A DNA stretch of 64,000 nt from Eledone cirrhosa (lineage: Eukaryota), in contig OZ024740.1 in NCBI GenBank assembly GCA_964016885.1, forward strand, positions 124,186,001 to 124,250,000, read 5' to 3'. The notes below the pieces were generated by a model, which made no database searches, had not been told where the DNA came from, and was given only the letters and a program-made list of their open reading frames with translations. The translations under genes were made by a program, and so were the position numbers. Positions 37,851-50,940 of this stretch are shown in pieces; position 1 is the first letter of the stretch; every line of letters begins with the position of its first letter.

Positions 37851-38591
37851 ATTTAAATAAAATGAACTAATATTTAAATATTTTCTATCCCATTATGTTT
37901 CAGTATTTTTATAAAATATCGTTTTGGGCAACACTGTGATGGCTTCACTAGTTACATGGATGCTATAAGTATTGAATGATATATGAGAAGGGATCAAAGC
38001 TCTTAAAATTATGTAATGTAATTTACATTTGCAATACAAATTTCAGGAAATCCTTTTAAACTAAAATCTTAATCCTCATGATTGGTTGCCAAAAGAAGAA
38101 AATATTAATAAATATACATTTATACCATATGCACCATATATAAATAGCTTCTATCCCAGTCTTCTTTGGTAATTTTACAAAATAACTGAATGAGCCAGCA
38201 AAAATGTTTTCTATTTTTCAATAAGTTACACGTCATTGTTATTTCTTATTACCTTTTATAAATCCATAGAATTCAGTAAGGTGAGTTAATAAAGTATAGA
38301 TAATCATTTAGTGAATCCATTCCGGTTTGTGACAACTTTCGATGGCTTAGTCAAATGAAAAAAGGTGCCATCAATGACATTGTTTTAGGTTTTTTGAGAC
38401 TAGGATGGGTGGTGAAGAAGAAACTACAACTCAATGTTGATCCTAAGACTTGAAACCTAGTGCAAATGCATGCATCAGAGTGGATTCTACTAATGGCAAA
38501 AAAGAGCCATATATTTATATTAAACCAACTAATTTGTTAGAGCTTTCATACAAAGAAAGTCATCATACACTGGCATAAGCAGGATGTATCT

Positions 38592-38960
38592 TCATCATCA
38601 TCATCATTTTAACATCCATTTTCCATGCTTGCATGGCTTAAATAAGTCCTTGACAGTTCAGCATGTTTCTTTCTTTTATCATTTCCATTGTAAGATTAAG
38701 TTTTTGAGATCGTCTTACACCACATCTTTTTAGGCCTCACTCTGTCACAACTTCCTTCCACTTGGAACTCATGGAAACTTTTCACACAATGACCATCATC
38801 CATATACATTGCATAGAGGTACCATTTCATGTCTTCTGCATGCACATCTGATTCTTCTTATACACAGTTTTTCCCCCAGCTTATCTGTGTTCCGACATTT
38901 GTGCACTAAAATATTACAAATCCAATGGAGCCTGCTTGATTCATTTCTCTTCAGGATGTT
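38592..38960 (-). mobile_element. RTE LINE 3' end relic
   Basis: (CAT)n-ttaacatccattttccatgcttgcatgg tail followed by decayed RT C-terminal sequence. Confidence 0.7.
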
Positions 38961-39039
38961 AACTCGTTTGGCTCTGAGTTCAGTAGATAATCAATGATAG
39001 AATACGAATCAATATCTGTATAGCCAACTGTCTGTTACC

Positions 39040-39350
39040 TTTTCAAATAGGCCATCTGTACATTCTAAAACTTGTTGTAAGAGTGTAACATCTGCTGGTT
39101 CCTTGATTGCCTGTGCTACTTTGCATCATCAGCATAGCTTGTGAGAGAGGCTGTCCATATTACAGAGGGCATGTCTGAGAGAGCCACCAGAAACGATAAG
39201 ACATTTCCTTAGAGCATGCCACTTGTGATTGCTATTTCCTTTGAGAGGAATCCATTGGCAGTAACAGTTTCTGTCTTTGAAGAAGTCATGAAGCCATTCA
39301 TCTGGTTTTCCAACTATGCCAAAGCTACCTAGTTTGTGGCATACCATTCC
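39040..39350 (-). mobile_element. CR1/L2-type LINE RT fragment
   Basis: Minus strand LTSYADDAK at ~39120-39146, preceded by an SG.PQG-like relic. Confidence 0.6.
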
Positions 39351-39457
39351 ATAACAGTTGTAGCCCTGTAGAAGCTATTTCTATATTGAATATTGAGTAA
39401 CTTACTTACTGTGGTTACTACCAATTGAACCTCGGATACACATTTATATATATACAA

Positions 39458-39516
<59 letters not shown>

Positions 39517-39570
39517 AGTATTGATGAGGAACAGGAATGAAGTATCGATGTAGCATCATTATATTTATTT

Positions 39571-39644
39571 ACATGTGACATTTTCTTCACGATCAATCAG
39601 GTCAATCGACTCCAACACTGGAATCGATAGCTCATCAAACTTGT
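39571..39644 (-). ncRNA. Degenerate hammerhead (C3U)
   Basis: ACAAGT TTGATGA, stem II ATCGATTCCA/TGGAGTCGAT, ..GAAA ATG TC ACATGT. Confidence 0.5.
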
Positions 39645-41289
39645 GGATTATTTAATGAATATATATATATCTGTGAACAGCATTATAAATACGTAATGGC
39701 ATTTCCAGTTCATATTCAAATCTAAATGGAGAAAAATTGCACCTTTAACTGACAATCAAGTGTAAAATGTGTCTATCTCCATTTAGTACCACAGAATGCA
39801 ATGTTAATCAGCACACTAAACTTTTTTGATGTCAAAGTTTTTAATAATTCTTGAGATAGCATTTAGCTTAGTAGTCTTGTAGCTATCTAAAACAAATACT
39901 GATGGCAAATTTGCCCTTAGACTTTACATTGTTATCCCCAGAAAAATGAAAGTTCATATGATTTATTATAAAACTCCAAATTTGCAATTGAAACTCTCTC
40001 AAATGGTGCTATATCAATGAGCGATCATATTTCTTATAAACTTGATTTTTTTCTTTATTTTCAATATAATCTTTTGACATTCAAATATATAATTATAAAA
40101 TTCTGATTTGTTCTAACAGAAAATGTAATGTATCATTGCAGTGAAATTTTCGAAAATATATCAATGTTCTTTATAAGATTGATTTTGCTTTCAATGTGGT
40201 CTTTGCTCATTTGAAGATAAAGTAAAATAGATTTAAAAGATTTTGCAAAGGTCAAATTTTAAACACTCATGCTGGGGTCATGCAACAAAAATCTCAGTGA
40301 TTTATCAAATGTTAAATGTTTTGAAGCTTTTATGAAGGAGGAAATATCATTGATTCACTTGCCTTTCATAGATATAAATTCCATCTTACAAAAATCTCAA
40401 TAAAATCAAAAGAGAATATTTCAAAAGTTAGTGTATCCAATAATATTTCAAAAGTTAGTGTATCCAGTATTAATATAAAGATATATCAAACAAATTCTTA
40501 CTGATATTACAAACAAAGTTATAGAACATGTGTCATAAAGTGAAATAAACTACAACATATATCCTAGATTACTATCATAGATTTTGAATTTAAGGCCTAA
40601 TGTATTTTATAACACATATACATGATGTAACTACTATGCATATATCAATATGTCTTGACTTTAGATAGCACCATTTTCTTTCACCCCAAAAGTATCTAAT
40701 GATTTATTATAAACTGTTTTTGTTGCACTTTTAATGACAATTGCGTCACATAACATCTTTCTTATCACCAGTCCTTATTCATTCATGTTCTGACAATTTC
40801 TCATTTAGTAAGCATATGATAATGGTTTTGACACAAGGCAAGAAATTTGAGGGAGAACAAATTTGAATAAATTAACGTTTTTTATATATCCATAGAAAAC
40901 GAAAAGCAAAGCTGATCGTAAATTTGTATTCTGAATGTAAAGATCTATAACTAAATACTGCAAGTCATTTTCTCTGAACAACAATAAGTTCTTACATTAG
41001 TAAATATCCATGCAAATAAAATGAAAGGATAAAGCTGACAGAAGTCAACCTAGTAAATGTTTGATACTTACTTTATTAAACCTCTTACAGTAACAAAATT
41101 CAGGTATAAAAACATAAGGTCAGCCTTTTCGCATTTCTTGCCCCATATTTTTTCATTCTTTTCGTTAATTTTTTCTCGTTTATTAATTGTGATAATAATA
41201 TAGATTTTAAACTAAATAGCTCACATTTAATCAGTGCTCTTTTATTTCAGGCTTCCGGCAATAACTAGAGGAAAGAAAAGACAACAGTT

Positions 41290-41680
41290 TTTTTTTTAAT
41301 CTATAAGGAGAGAGGAAAATGGAATTAACAAAGAAAATAAATAAATAATTTTAAAAATATAAAAATTAAATGAAAAATGAAAGGAAGAACAAAAAAAAAC
41401 AGAAAAGATAAAGAAATGACAAAAAAGAGAAAGACCAAATGTCAAAAAAGAAAGAGAAAGCTCATAAATAAGAAAAAAAATGGAAAGTAAAACAAAAGAA
41501 AAAGAAAAATAGAAAATACTATGACAAAGCAGGATAAAATCATAAAAATACATGAAAAGAAAAGGAGGAAAAGTAAAAGATAAAAGAGACACAGGTAGAG
41601 GAAAAGAAACAAGAAAATGATATAAAAAAGATGAAAGAGGAAAGAAGCTGGAGAAACAGAATGATAAAAATACAAATGGA
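41290..41680 (+). repeat. A/purine-rich low-complexity tract
   Basis: Directly visible; it produces the spurious F/L-rich ORFs. Confidence 0.9.
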
Positions 41681-42039
41681 ATAGATTATGTATGAAACAG
41701 TATTTGAAAGTGTTCTACATAGTATCTGAAAACAAAGACAGCACTAGTTAGGAAAGAATATAAAACATATTGTGTAGACAATGTACTGATAAGTAAATTG
41801 GCTAATTACTGATCAATTAGCCTTACCTTATTGACCAATAAAAATTAATCAGCTGCCGATTATCCATAATGTGATTATGTATTATATTTAAATGCATTAT
41901 CTTATATTTCATAATTAATCCTTATTACGGAGCTATTATTTCAGGGCACCCAAAGACAAACTTAGGCTGATTTTACTATAAGAGGTTATATATATATGTA
42001 TATATATATATATTACCTCTTATATATATATATATATAT

Positions 42040-42271
42040 CTTTCAGTGTATTTTTGACTAAAGGAATTTTAGCCTGATAATGGGGTTTAGAACCCTCAGA
42101 TAAATGGAAAAAGATGAGTATTGACGTATGTACGTCAATACTCATCTTTTTCCATTTATCTGAGGGTTCTAAACCCCATTATCAGGCTAAAATTCCTTTA
42201 GTCAAAAATACGGTGAAAGCTATTCTAATTTCTAATTTCAAACCTGCTCACTGTTTCAAAACATACTTACT
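42040..42271. repeat. Palindromic element (90-bp arms, centre 42129/42130); second member of the 21637 family, in opposite orientation
   Basis: 42040-42129 is the reverse complement of 42130-42219. The single-arm extension 42220-42271 is the reverse complement of 21637-21690. Confidence 0.9.
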
Positions 42272-42273
42272 TG

Positions 42274-42319
<46 letters not shown>

Positions 42320-42320
<1 letters not shown>

Positions 42321-44815
42321 ACTAAGGAAATGTGGTAAGGAACCAGGTGGACCATAACGCACCAAAGTACTCAATACTTAGGGTAGTAGAGTGGTTAATA
42401 GGAACGAGTAGGACTCCGACGGCTGAGCTCAAGCCGTTTCGACGGCTGATTCTGGACTAAATGAACATTTTTTATCCTGGTATATGAATAGCCGAGCTTC
42501 TCAGGGGGTAATTCCATATATGGTAAAAGTGATTGTCACAAGGATTGGTCAAAAGTTTTTTGTTGAGACACATAATTCTATCATGGCAATTTGTGGAAGG
42601 AAGGGGTAGCTGAACCAGCCAGTAGAAGAAAGAGGGTGCTGGGGTGGAGGAAACCCAGTCGTGCGTTGATAGTGCCAACCACAGCAGGGCAGGAGGTCAA
42701 GGAAGTATACTAGGGAGGGGGAGGAAGTCGAAACAATAATTAAAGCAATATGGAGTAAATATATAGAAAAATACCGAGAATGTTAAAAAATCAATTAAAT
42801 ATTTAAAAAAAAAAAACAATTTCTGGTTACTATTCCCTAAGGACAGCTATCAAGTCTCTCACTGGTACTGCTAGACTAAAGAAAAGTTTACTAGGTGGGA
42901 CGGAATTATAATGAGACCCTTTTATGAGGTAGTAGTAATCAACCTAGTATATCTTACGGTGACGGGTCAACAAGTGGGGGGCCAAAATACTAAAGAAACT
43001 ATCACGAAATAATAATTCAGAGTCCCGAGACTAATACGAAATAACTGTTTCCAGCCCAGGCACAAGGCCAACAACCACCCAGTGCAAAAAATAAACTAAT
43101 ACGAAATAATAATTCTGAATCCCGAAAAAGAATACTAATACTATCTCTATGGGTGCCGCTACGATACAAAAATTCTAGTGCAAACTACATAAATGCTCGT
43201 ACGAAGTATATGAAAAATTTGATACGGAAAATTAATTCAGAACCCCCCCAAAAAATAAATACTGATATACGAGAAATTAAAGCAAAGATACCACTAAGAA
43301 ATGTAGAAAGCACGGAAAAGGGGCCGCCATCGGATAAGAAGGCAAGTATCCGGGGTTTATCACATCTGCTATAAGTAGCGGAGTCGGCCAATTCTATCAT
43401 AGAATAGGGGAAGGTGGTGGGGTTACTGAGGCTACAAAGGACCGAGGGGCTGCCTCGGGTGGGCGAGAAAGTGAAAAGGACGACGACAAAGAAAGAGGAC
43501 TGGGGTGGAAGGACTAGGAAGGGATGGGGGAAGAAGGAAATATAGAAGGAGCAATAAAGGTATAAAAGAAGATCTTAAGTCTACCTTTGAAAGCAGGGGT
43601 TACTCATTACAAAGTCGGCAAGTGGGGTGTTACAGCCCTTGTCTACCCCCCCCCCCCCCCGGGTCATTATGGGGTTTGAGGGCGAGGTAAGTCCTACGCA
43701 ATCTGTGTTTGCATGCAGTTACCAGTTCATCTTTCTTGTTTAGGAGTTGGTCCGTCGAAAACAGCATTTGTAAAGTTTCCTCCGAGCATAAATTGCACAG
43801 ACGGCGTCCTCCCGTGTAAGAGTTAGCTCTGTACAGTAAGCTCCAAGTGAGATCATAGGTAATATTGTTATCCTTGAGGTCCCAGATGTGGCCCGAAAGT
43901 GTGGTGGCGTGACGCCGGGCCGGGTTTCGGAAGGTATGTCTGTGTTGGTATAGGCAGGTGTTGAAGTCACATGCGGTTAATCCTATATAAGCCTTGTTGG
44001 AGGTGTCCATCCTCACGTTGCACTGGTAGATCACATTACGATCTCGGCATCTGTTGTCGAGGGGGCAAATGGATCATCAGGACAGTTGCACCTCCTGGTC
44101 GGCTCTCCACTGCTATTTAGGTTATTTCTTCCATAGGAGTTGAGTTTTTGTTGTTAGAGGAGACGATGTTTTGTGCAAAGTTTGGTGTGGTGCTGTAGGA
44201 GATTTGATGGTATTTTTGTTAATTATGTTGTGGTAGCGGTGTTGTGGTGGGAAGTGTTTTTCAATGAGCCTAAAGAAGATTTTCCCGATAGGAGTTGTCA
44301 CCACGGCGTTGTGGGGAGGATTGAACCATGTTACATCGCGTGAGCGGCGGTGTCGCCTGCTGGTTCCGCTAATAGAAGCTGGACAGTAGGATATTTCCTC
44401 CCGGAAACCACTCCGCTTGAGAGCCTGGTTGTAATAAGGCGCATCTTCCTCGAATATCTGCTCATTAGCGGACAAACCAGATATGCGGAGGGAGATGTTT
44501 TTAACCAGGTTATTGGCGATGTTCCTAGAATGGTTTGACCGGTGGTGGATGTAGTGCAGGTTGTCGTTGGGTTTCCTGTATGGGTAGTACAGATCATTAT
44601 CGAGGTCAAGTGTAACGTCCAGGAAGTTTACTCGGGTCAGGGACGTTTGTAGGGTTATTTTAAATCCCCAGTCGCGGAAGAAGCTGATTAATTGTTTACG
44701 GACACGATCTGTACTACTGGGGTTGTACCCTTTAAGGGTAAGGAGCCCATCATCACGGTACAATCCACCGCCGAATGCAGGAAACATATCGGTGAATTTA
44801 GCTAGTAGGAATAAT

Positions 44816-44818
<3 letters not shown>
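42320..44818 (-). mobile_element. 5'-truncated Naiad-like Penelope element (RT C-half, CxC-CPL-C linker, GIY-YIG, long 3' UTR)
   Basis: GLYRDDGL, NFLDVTLD, WFNPP, CNC..CPLDNRC, VIYQC..AYIGLT, CNLCSEE..CKHR; two frameshifts. Confidence 0.9.
42413..42509 (-). ncRNA. Type I hammerhead at the Naiad-like 3' end, with core G8A change
   Basis: ACCCC CTGAGAA, stem II CGGCT-ATTC/GAAT-AGCCG, GAAA CGGC-TTGAGCTCA-GCCG TC GGAGT. Confidence 0.72.
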
Positions 44819-44850
<32 letters not shown>

Positions 44851-45112
44851 GGAAAAATGAAACGAAATTTTATTTCTCACTCTTAGTACGGCTGTTACTT
44901 AAATATAATTTTGTATACGTACATACATATATGTATTCAGACGTACAGTAGTATGTATATTTATATACATACATGCACACATATATATATGTACGTATGG
45001 ATTCACCGAACATTTATTATAATGCTCGGTGTGTTTGTAAACAAACATCCCGAATTAAGCCGTACAGTGTCTAGCAACCATCGTTGCACCTTTGTTCATC
45101 ACTGACAAAGGA

Positions 45113-45155
45113 ACACTATACTAGTTTCAAGCTTATTAGCTATCGTCAGCAAGGT
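45113..45155 (-). ncRNA. Minimal hammerhead, core intact, weakened stem I
   Basis: ACCTTG CTGACGA TAGCTAATAAGCTT GAAA CTAG TA TAGTGT. Confidence 0.8.
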
Positions 45156-45672
45156 ATACCTTCCTGCCAGATGATTGAACGTCTGAAAGTATATACTTTC
45201 CTTATGCATATTAACAGCTGAGCAGCCTAATTTGAATATCGAGTGAGTTAATCGGCCGAGCGACACCGAAAACGATAAACGGAAAAAATGAAACGAAATT
45301 TCATTTCTCACTCTTATTACGGCTGTTACTTAAATATAAGTATGTATACGTACATACATATATGTATACATACGTACAGTAGTATGTATATATATATACA
45401 TACATGCACACATATATAACTGTGCGTATGGATTCACCGAACATTTATTATGTACGTATGTATACATATATGTATGTACTTATACATACTTATATTTAAG
45501 TAACAGCCGTACTAAGAGTGAGAAATGAAATTTCGTTTCATTTTTTCCGTTTATCGATTTCGATCCGCCCGGCCGATTAACTCACTCGATATGCAAATTA
45601 GGCTGCTCAGCCGTTAATATGCATATGCAAAGTATATACTTTCAGACGTGCAATCATCTGGCAGGAAGGTAT

Positions 45673-45715
45673 ACGTTGTTGACGATAGCTAATAAGCTTG
45701 AAACTAGTACAGCGT
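45673..45715 (+). ncRNA. Minimal hammerhead, C3U core variant
   Basis: ACGTTG TTGACGA TAGCTAATAAGCTT GAAA CTAG TA CAGCGT. Confidence 0.8.
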
Positions 45716-45832
45716 TCCTTAGTCAGTGTTGAACAAATGAGGCACGATGGTTGCTAGACACCGTACGGCTTAATTCGGGATGTTTGTTTACAAACACACT
45801 GAGCATTATAATAAATGTTCGGTGAATCCATA

Positions 45833-45892
<60 letters not shown>

Positions 45893-45929
45893 TGTATGTA
45901 TATGTATATACATACTATTGTACGTCTGT

Positions 45930-46521
<592 letters not shown>

Positions 46522-46640
46522 ATTGCTCTGATTGTTGATTATTTAATTAATTAATTCATCATTGAGCTACATCGTGAATGGTTGCCAAAAACACTTATAT
46601 ATATCTATGGCTCTGTCTAGTTTATGTATATGTAAATCTA

Positions 46641-46725
<85 letters not shown>

Positions 46726-46731
<6 letters not shown>

Positions 46732-47726
46732 GTGTATTGAGTTCAAAACTCAAGCATTCCTTTACAATGAAATAGCTCAAAGAAAAGAAATATTTCTGAG
46801 CCGTATAATACAAGTAAATATAAATTAATATATATGATGAAACACAAATACCAACATATCTGTGTTTATATTGTAAAATAAATTAAGTTAGCTAGAATGA
46901 AATATACTAATTATAATATTACAGTTTGCCTATCTCGTTTTAAAATAAAAAATCAATAAAAACAAACAGTATTGGCAAATGGCCATGGTGTTTAGACAAA
47001 TTTAAATTTCAAAATCAAACCTGTTTCGTAGATAAGTTTAAACTTTAAAATCCAAATATGTTTCGAGATGAATAAGTGTAAGCATATCGTGTCCAGCTCA
47101 CACCTGTAAACACCCTGAACAAATTGATATGCTTCACTTCTAAATATTTTAAAAGACTGTTTAACGCACATGGTTTCCCAGTTTCTAGCCAGCCTCATAC
47201 TCGTACTGCTAGAAATAACAGCCGTATATATGGGGCTACTATCAGCTCAACGAAAGCAGCAATTATATTAAGTGTATTGAGTTCAAAACTCAAGCATTCC
47301 TTTACAATCTAATAGCTCAAAGAAAAGAAATATTTCTGAGCCGTATAATACAAGTAAATATAAATTAATATATATGATGAAACACAAATACCAACATATC
47401 TGTGAAGCATATCAATTTGTTCAGGGTGTTTAATGATGTGAGCTGGACACGATATCCTTACACTTATTCATCTCGAAACATATTTGGATTTTAAAGTTTA
47501 AACTTATCTACGGAACAGGTTTGATTTTGAAATTTAAATTTGTCTAAACACCATGGCCATTTGCCAATACTGTTTGTTTTTATTGATTTATTATTTTAAA
47601 TCAAGATAGGCAAACTGTAATATTATAATTAGTATATTTCATTCTAGCTAACTTAATTTATTTTACAATATAAACACAGATATGTTGGTATTTGTGTTTC
47701 ATCATATATATTAATTTATATTTACT

Positions 47727-47731
<5 letters not shown>
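46726..47731. repeat. 540-bp unit with a partial tandem copy (47266-47404) and an inverted copy (47402-47731 = RC of 46809-47137)
   Basis: Direct and inverted matches read from the sequence; flanked by (TA)n on both sides. Confidence 0.9.
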
Positions 47732-47800
<69 letters not shown>

Positions 47801-48316
47801 TGATAACAAGATATCGGTTAAGCTAATCCAGCTAGAGGTTATGAGTACTTTGTATCGAGGATAGTTTTAACGTACGGTGTTGTTTGACTCAACAAGAAGT
47901 TTCCTTAGTCGGGTGGCTGGTTTAAGAAAGTTCCTAAGCAGGTGGTTCTTGGAGTAATAATAGTAAAAGAAGAAGAATAACATGGTCAGCTGTGCAATAG
48001 AGTTTATTTACACACACCGGACTAATGAAACTATTGTTAATACTTTAAATAAACCCTATTGTACAGCAACCATGTTATTCTTCATTTTTCTTTTTACTAT
48101 ATATATATATGTAAGTATGTATACGTACATACATATATGTATACAGACGTATAGCAGTATGTATATACATACATACATGCACACATATATATATGTACGT
48201 ATGGGTTTACCGAACCTTTATTATAATGTTCGGTTTGTTTGTAAACAAACATTCCGAATTAAGCCGTACAGTGTTCGGCAACCATCGTTGACATTTTGTT
48301 CAACACTGACAAAAGA

Positions 48317-48359
48317 ACGATGAAGTAGTTTCGAGCTTCTTAGCTATCATCAGCACCGT
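48317..48359 (-). ncRNA. Minimal hammerhead, core intact
   Basis: ACGGTG CTGATGA TAGCTAAGAAGCTC GAAA CTAC TT CATCGT (loop palindrome broken; CUU site). Confidence 0.82.
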
Positions 48360-48719
48360 ATACCTTCCTGTCAGATGATTGTACGTTTGAAAGTATATAC
48401 TTTCCTTATGCATATTAATGGCTGTGCAGCCTAATTTGCATATCGAATGAGTTAGTCGACCGGGCGCACCGAAAACGATAAATGGAAAAAATGAAATTTC
48501 ATTTCTCACTCTTAGTACGGCTGATACTTAAATGTAAGTATGTATGCGTACATTCATATATTTATACAGACGTACAGCAGTATGTATATACACATATATG
48601 CACACATATATATATATGTACGTTAATAATGTTCGGTTTGTTTGTAAACAAACAGCTCGAATTAAGCCGTACAGTGCTCGGCAACCATCGTTGCCATTTT
48701 GTTCAACACTGACAAAGGA

Positions 48720-48762
48720 ACGATGAACTAGTTTCGAGCTTCTTAGCTGTCATCAGCACCGT
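48720..48762 (-). ncRNA. Minimal hammerhead, intact
   Basis: ACGGTG CTGATGA CAGCTAAGAAGCTC GAAA CTAG TT CATCGT (GUU site). Confidence 0.87.
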
Positions 48763-49095
48763 ATACCTTACTGTCAGATGTTTGAACGTTTGAAAGTATA
48801 TACTTTCCTCATGCATATTAACGGCTGAGCAGCCTAATTTGCAAATCGAGTGAGTTAATCGGCCGGGCGCATCGAAAACGATAAATGGAAAAAATGAAAT
48901 TTCATTTCTCACTCTTGGTACGACTGATACTTAAATGTAAGTATGTATACCGACATACATATATGTATACAGACGAACGGCAGTATATCTTCTTCAATAT
49001 ATCTTCTTTCCTTATACTTTCACTTGTGTAGGACATCTTGTTTTTTTCATTTTGTAAAAAAAAAACATCATTTTCTAATATATATATATATATAT

Positions 49096-49511
49096 ATGAA
49101 TGTATGTATAGTATATTTGGCAATATACCGCATGTTTAATTAAACACATTTAGAAGACCATTCACTATCAGGTTTAAAGTAGTGACAATGTCACTTACAT
49201 ATTTTCTGCAAAGGCAGGGAGAGAGGCTGACAGTCCGTTTCTCGTTGTTTGGCGTTTATCAGAAACATGCCTTCCCACGCCTTTGCCGAGTGATTGGCAG
49301 TCCAGCAAAAATTAGGTATTAGTATTGGTGCTCTGAAATAGCGATGTATACATGAATGTATGTATAGTATATTCGGCAATATACCGTATGTTTAATTTTA
49401 AAAAAAGTGTCTGGTTTGACAGTGAGAAACAGCCTCTCCCCCTGCCTTTGCCGAAAATAGGTGACATAGTCACTAGCTTAAAACTGATAGCGAATGGTCT
49501 TTTAAATGTTC
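49096..49511. repeat. Composite direct (49096-49141 / 49352-49397) and inverted (49143-49229 / 49430-49511) repeat with a degenerate HHR at 49226-49266(-)
   Basis: Minus strand reads CTGATAA ACG..CGA GAAA CGGACTG TC. Confidence 0.7.
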
Positions 49512-49529
49512 TTAATATATATACATTAT

Positions 49530-49615
<86 letters not shown>

Positions 49616-49746
49616 TAAGGTAAACATTGATGCAATTCAATTCAAGCACTCTTATTTCACATACTTATTTCACATAGGAGTGACGGATTAAATATCGAAT
49701 AAGGAAATCGAAGTAATTTCAGATGTTCAAGTCCTTTAATAATAAT

Positions 49747-49820
49747 GCTGTGATATATATTTCAATGGCGACAGTGACCACACTGTTCCGTGCGCCAGTG
49801 TCGCGACATCGTCAGACAGC
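49747..49820 (-). ncRNA. Type I hammerhead, intact, long stem II
   Basis: GCTGT CTGACGA TG..GCGACACTG..CAGTG..TCGCCATT GAAA TATATA TC ACAGC; perfect stem I, AUC site. Confidence 0.85.
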
Positions 49821-50940
49821 TTGTTACATAATAAGGTTATGTTTCCGAGGCAATCCAAATTGAATCGACATGGGAACGGACGAAGTGTGTGCTCTCGGGT
49901 TCCTCGTCCGTTCCCTTGTGAGTACCAATTCACCGCCACCGGTCTGCGCAGGCGCAGGTCCGAAGGAAGTTGACCATTAGCTATCGCAGAGTTCAACGAA
50001 ATTCGCCTAGGCAGTTCACCCCTCTCAACCTATTCAGGCCTGTAATATATAGCTTACTGCTAGCCACCCCGTCAGTGGCAGTCAGCCGAAAGCCAGTGGG
50101 GTTGGGAGAGTGTGAGTATCAATAGGTCTCAATACCACCCTACATTAAGCATGGACAGTATAATTGACCATCAGTTTCTAAGAGAAATATATACTTAATT
50201 CTAGGTATTATGGTTTCACAGTGGAAGTTATGAATGAGAGTTGGAAATTAGAACTAAAAATTAAAAATCGAAAATCAGAAATCAAAAATTAAAAGTTAAA
50301 AAAATTTAAAGGTGTGAATCTAGATTGAAGTGAGTAAAAAAATATGTGCATCTATACTATCTACTACGTAGGGAGATGTTTAAATAAGAAGTTTGGAAAG
50401 GGGTATTAATGTTACAGTTATATTATCTACATACTGAACGATATTACCGTACAGTAGAATGGAGGGTAAATTACAGTATGAAAGGTAGTTAGATTGTCCA
50501 TCACATGGAACAAACCCAAGAAAAACACAGATATAAAATACACAAAAAATATCCAATAAATACAAAAAAATACAAACAGTACATATATGCAAAATGAGAT
50601 AGGAGATACATGATTAATATGATTGTCAATTTGTCCATATATAGATTGAATTGAGGGGGCTTCTGTTCAAATGCAATTTGGTGCAGGAAAATAGGGGTTT
50701 ATCGTTGTTTTTGTTTCCTCGTATTTATCCTGCCGAAAGTTAGTTTTATTTCCGTCCAGTATCAGGGATTTCCATCCCCATGGTAGAGGAAATTTCCGGC
50801 TGTAGCTGGTGGCTGGTTCCTCTCTTCTCCACTATACCGGTTACATCATAGAGCGCTCAACTAATTGGAGCTAAATTCAATATATATATATATATTGATT
50901 GAACTCAGGATACATATACCTATATATATATATATATATA

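Larger units (their letters stand above)
48110..48985 (-). mobile_element. Retrozyme-like repeat, cluster 3: ~2.1 head-to-tail units (period 403)
   Basis: HHRs at 48317-48359 and 48720-48762; atgaaatttcatttctcactct occurs at 48491 and 48894. Confidence 0.88.

Noticed and set aside
40416-40466. 24-bp direct duplication
   Set aside because: Simple local slippage with no further structure.
43680-44100. Possible selenoprotein-type Naiad (in-frame UGA at conserved Cys)
   Set aside because: The linker and C-terminal Cys codons read TGC/TGT. I saw no UGA at those positions and recognised no SECIS.
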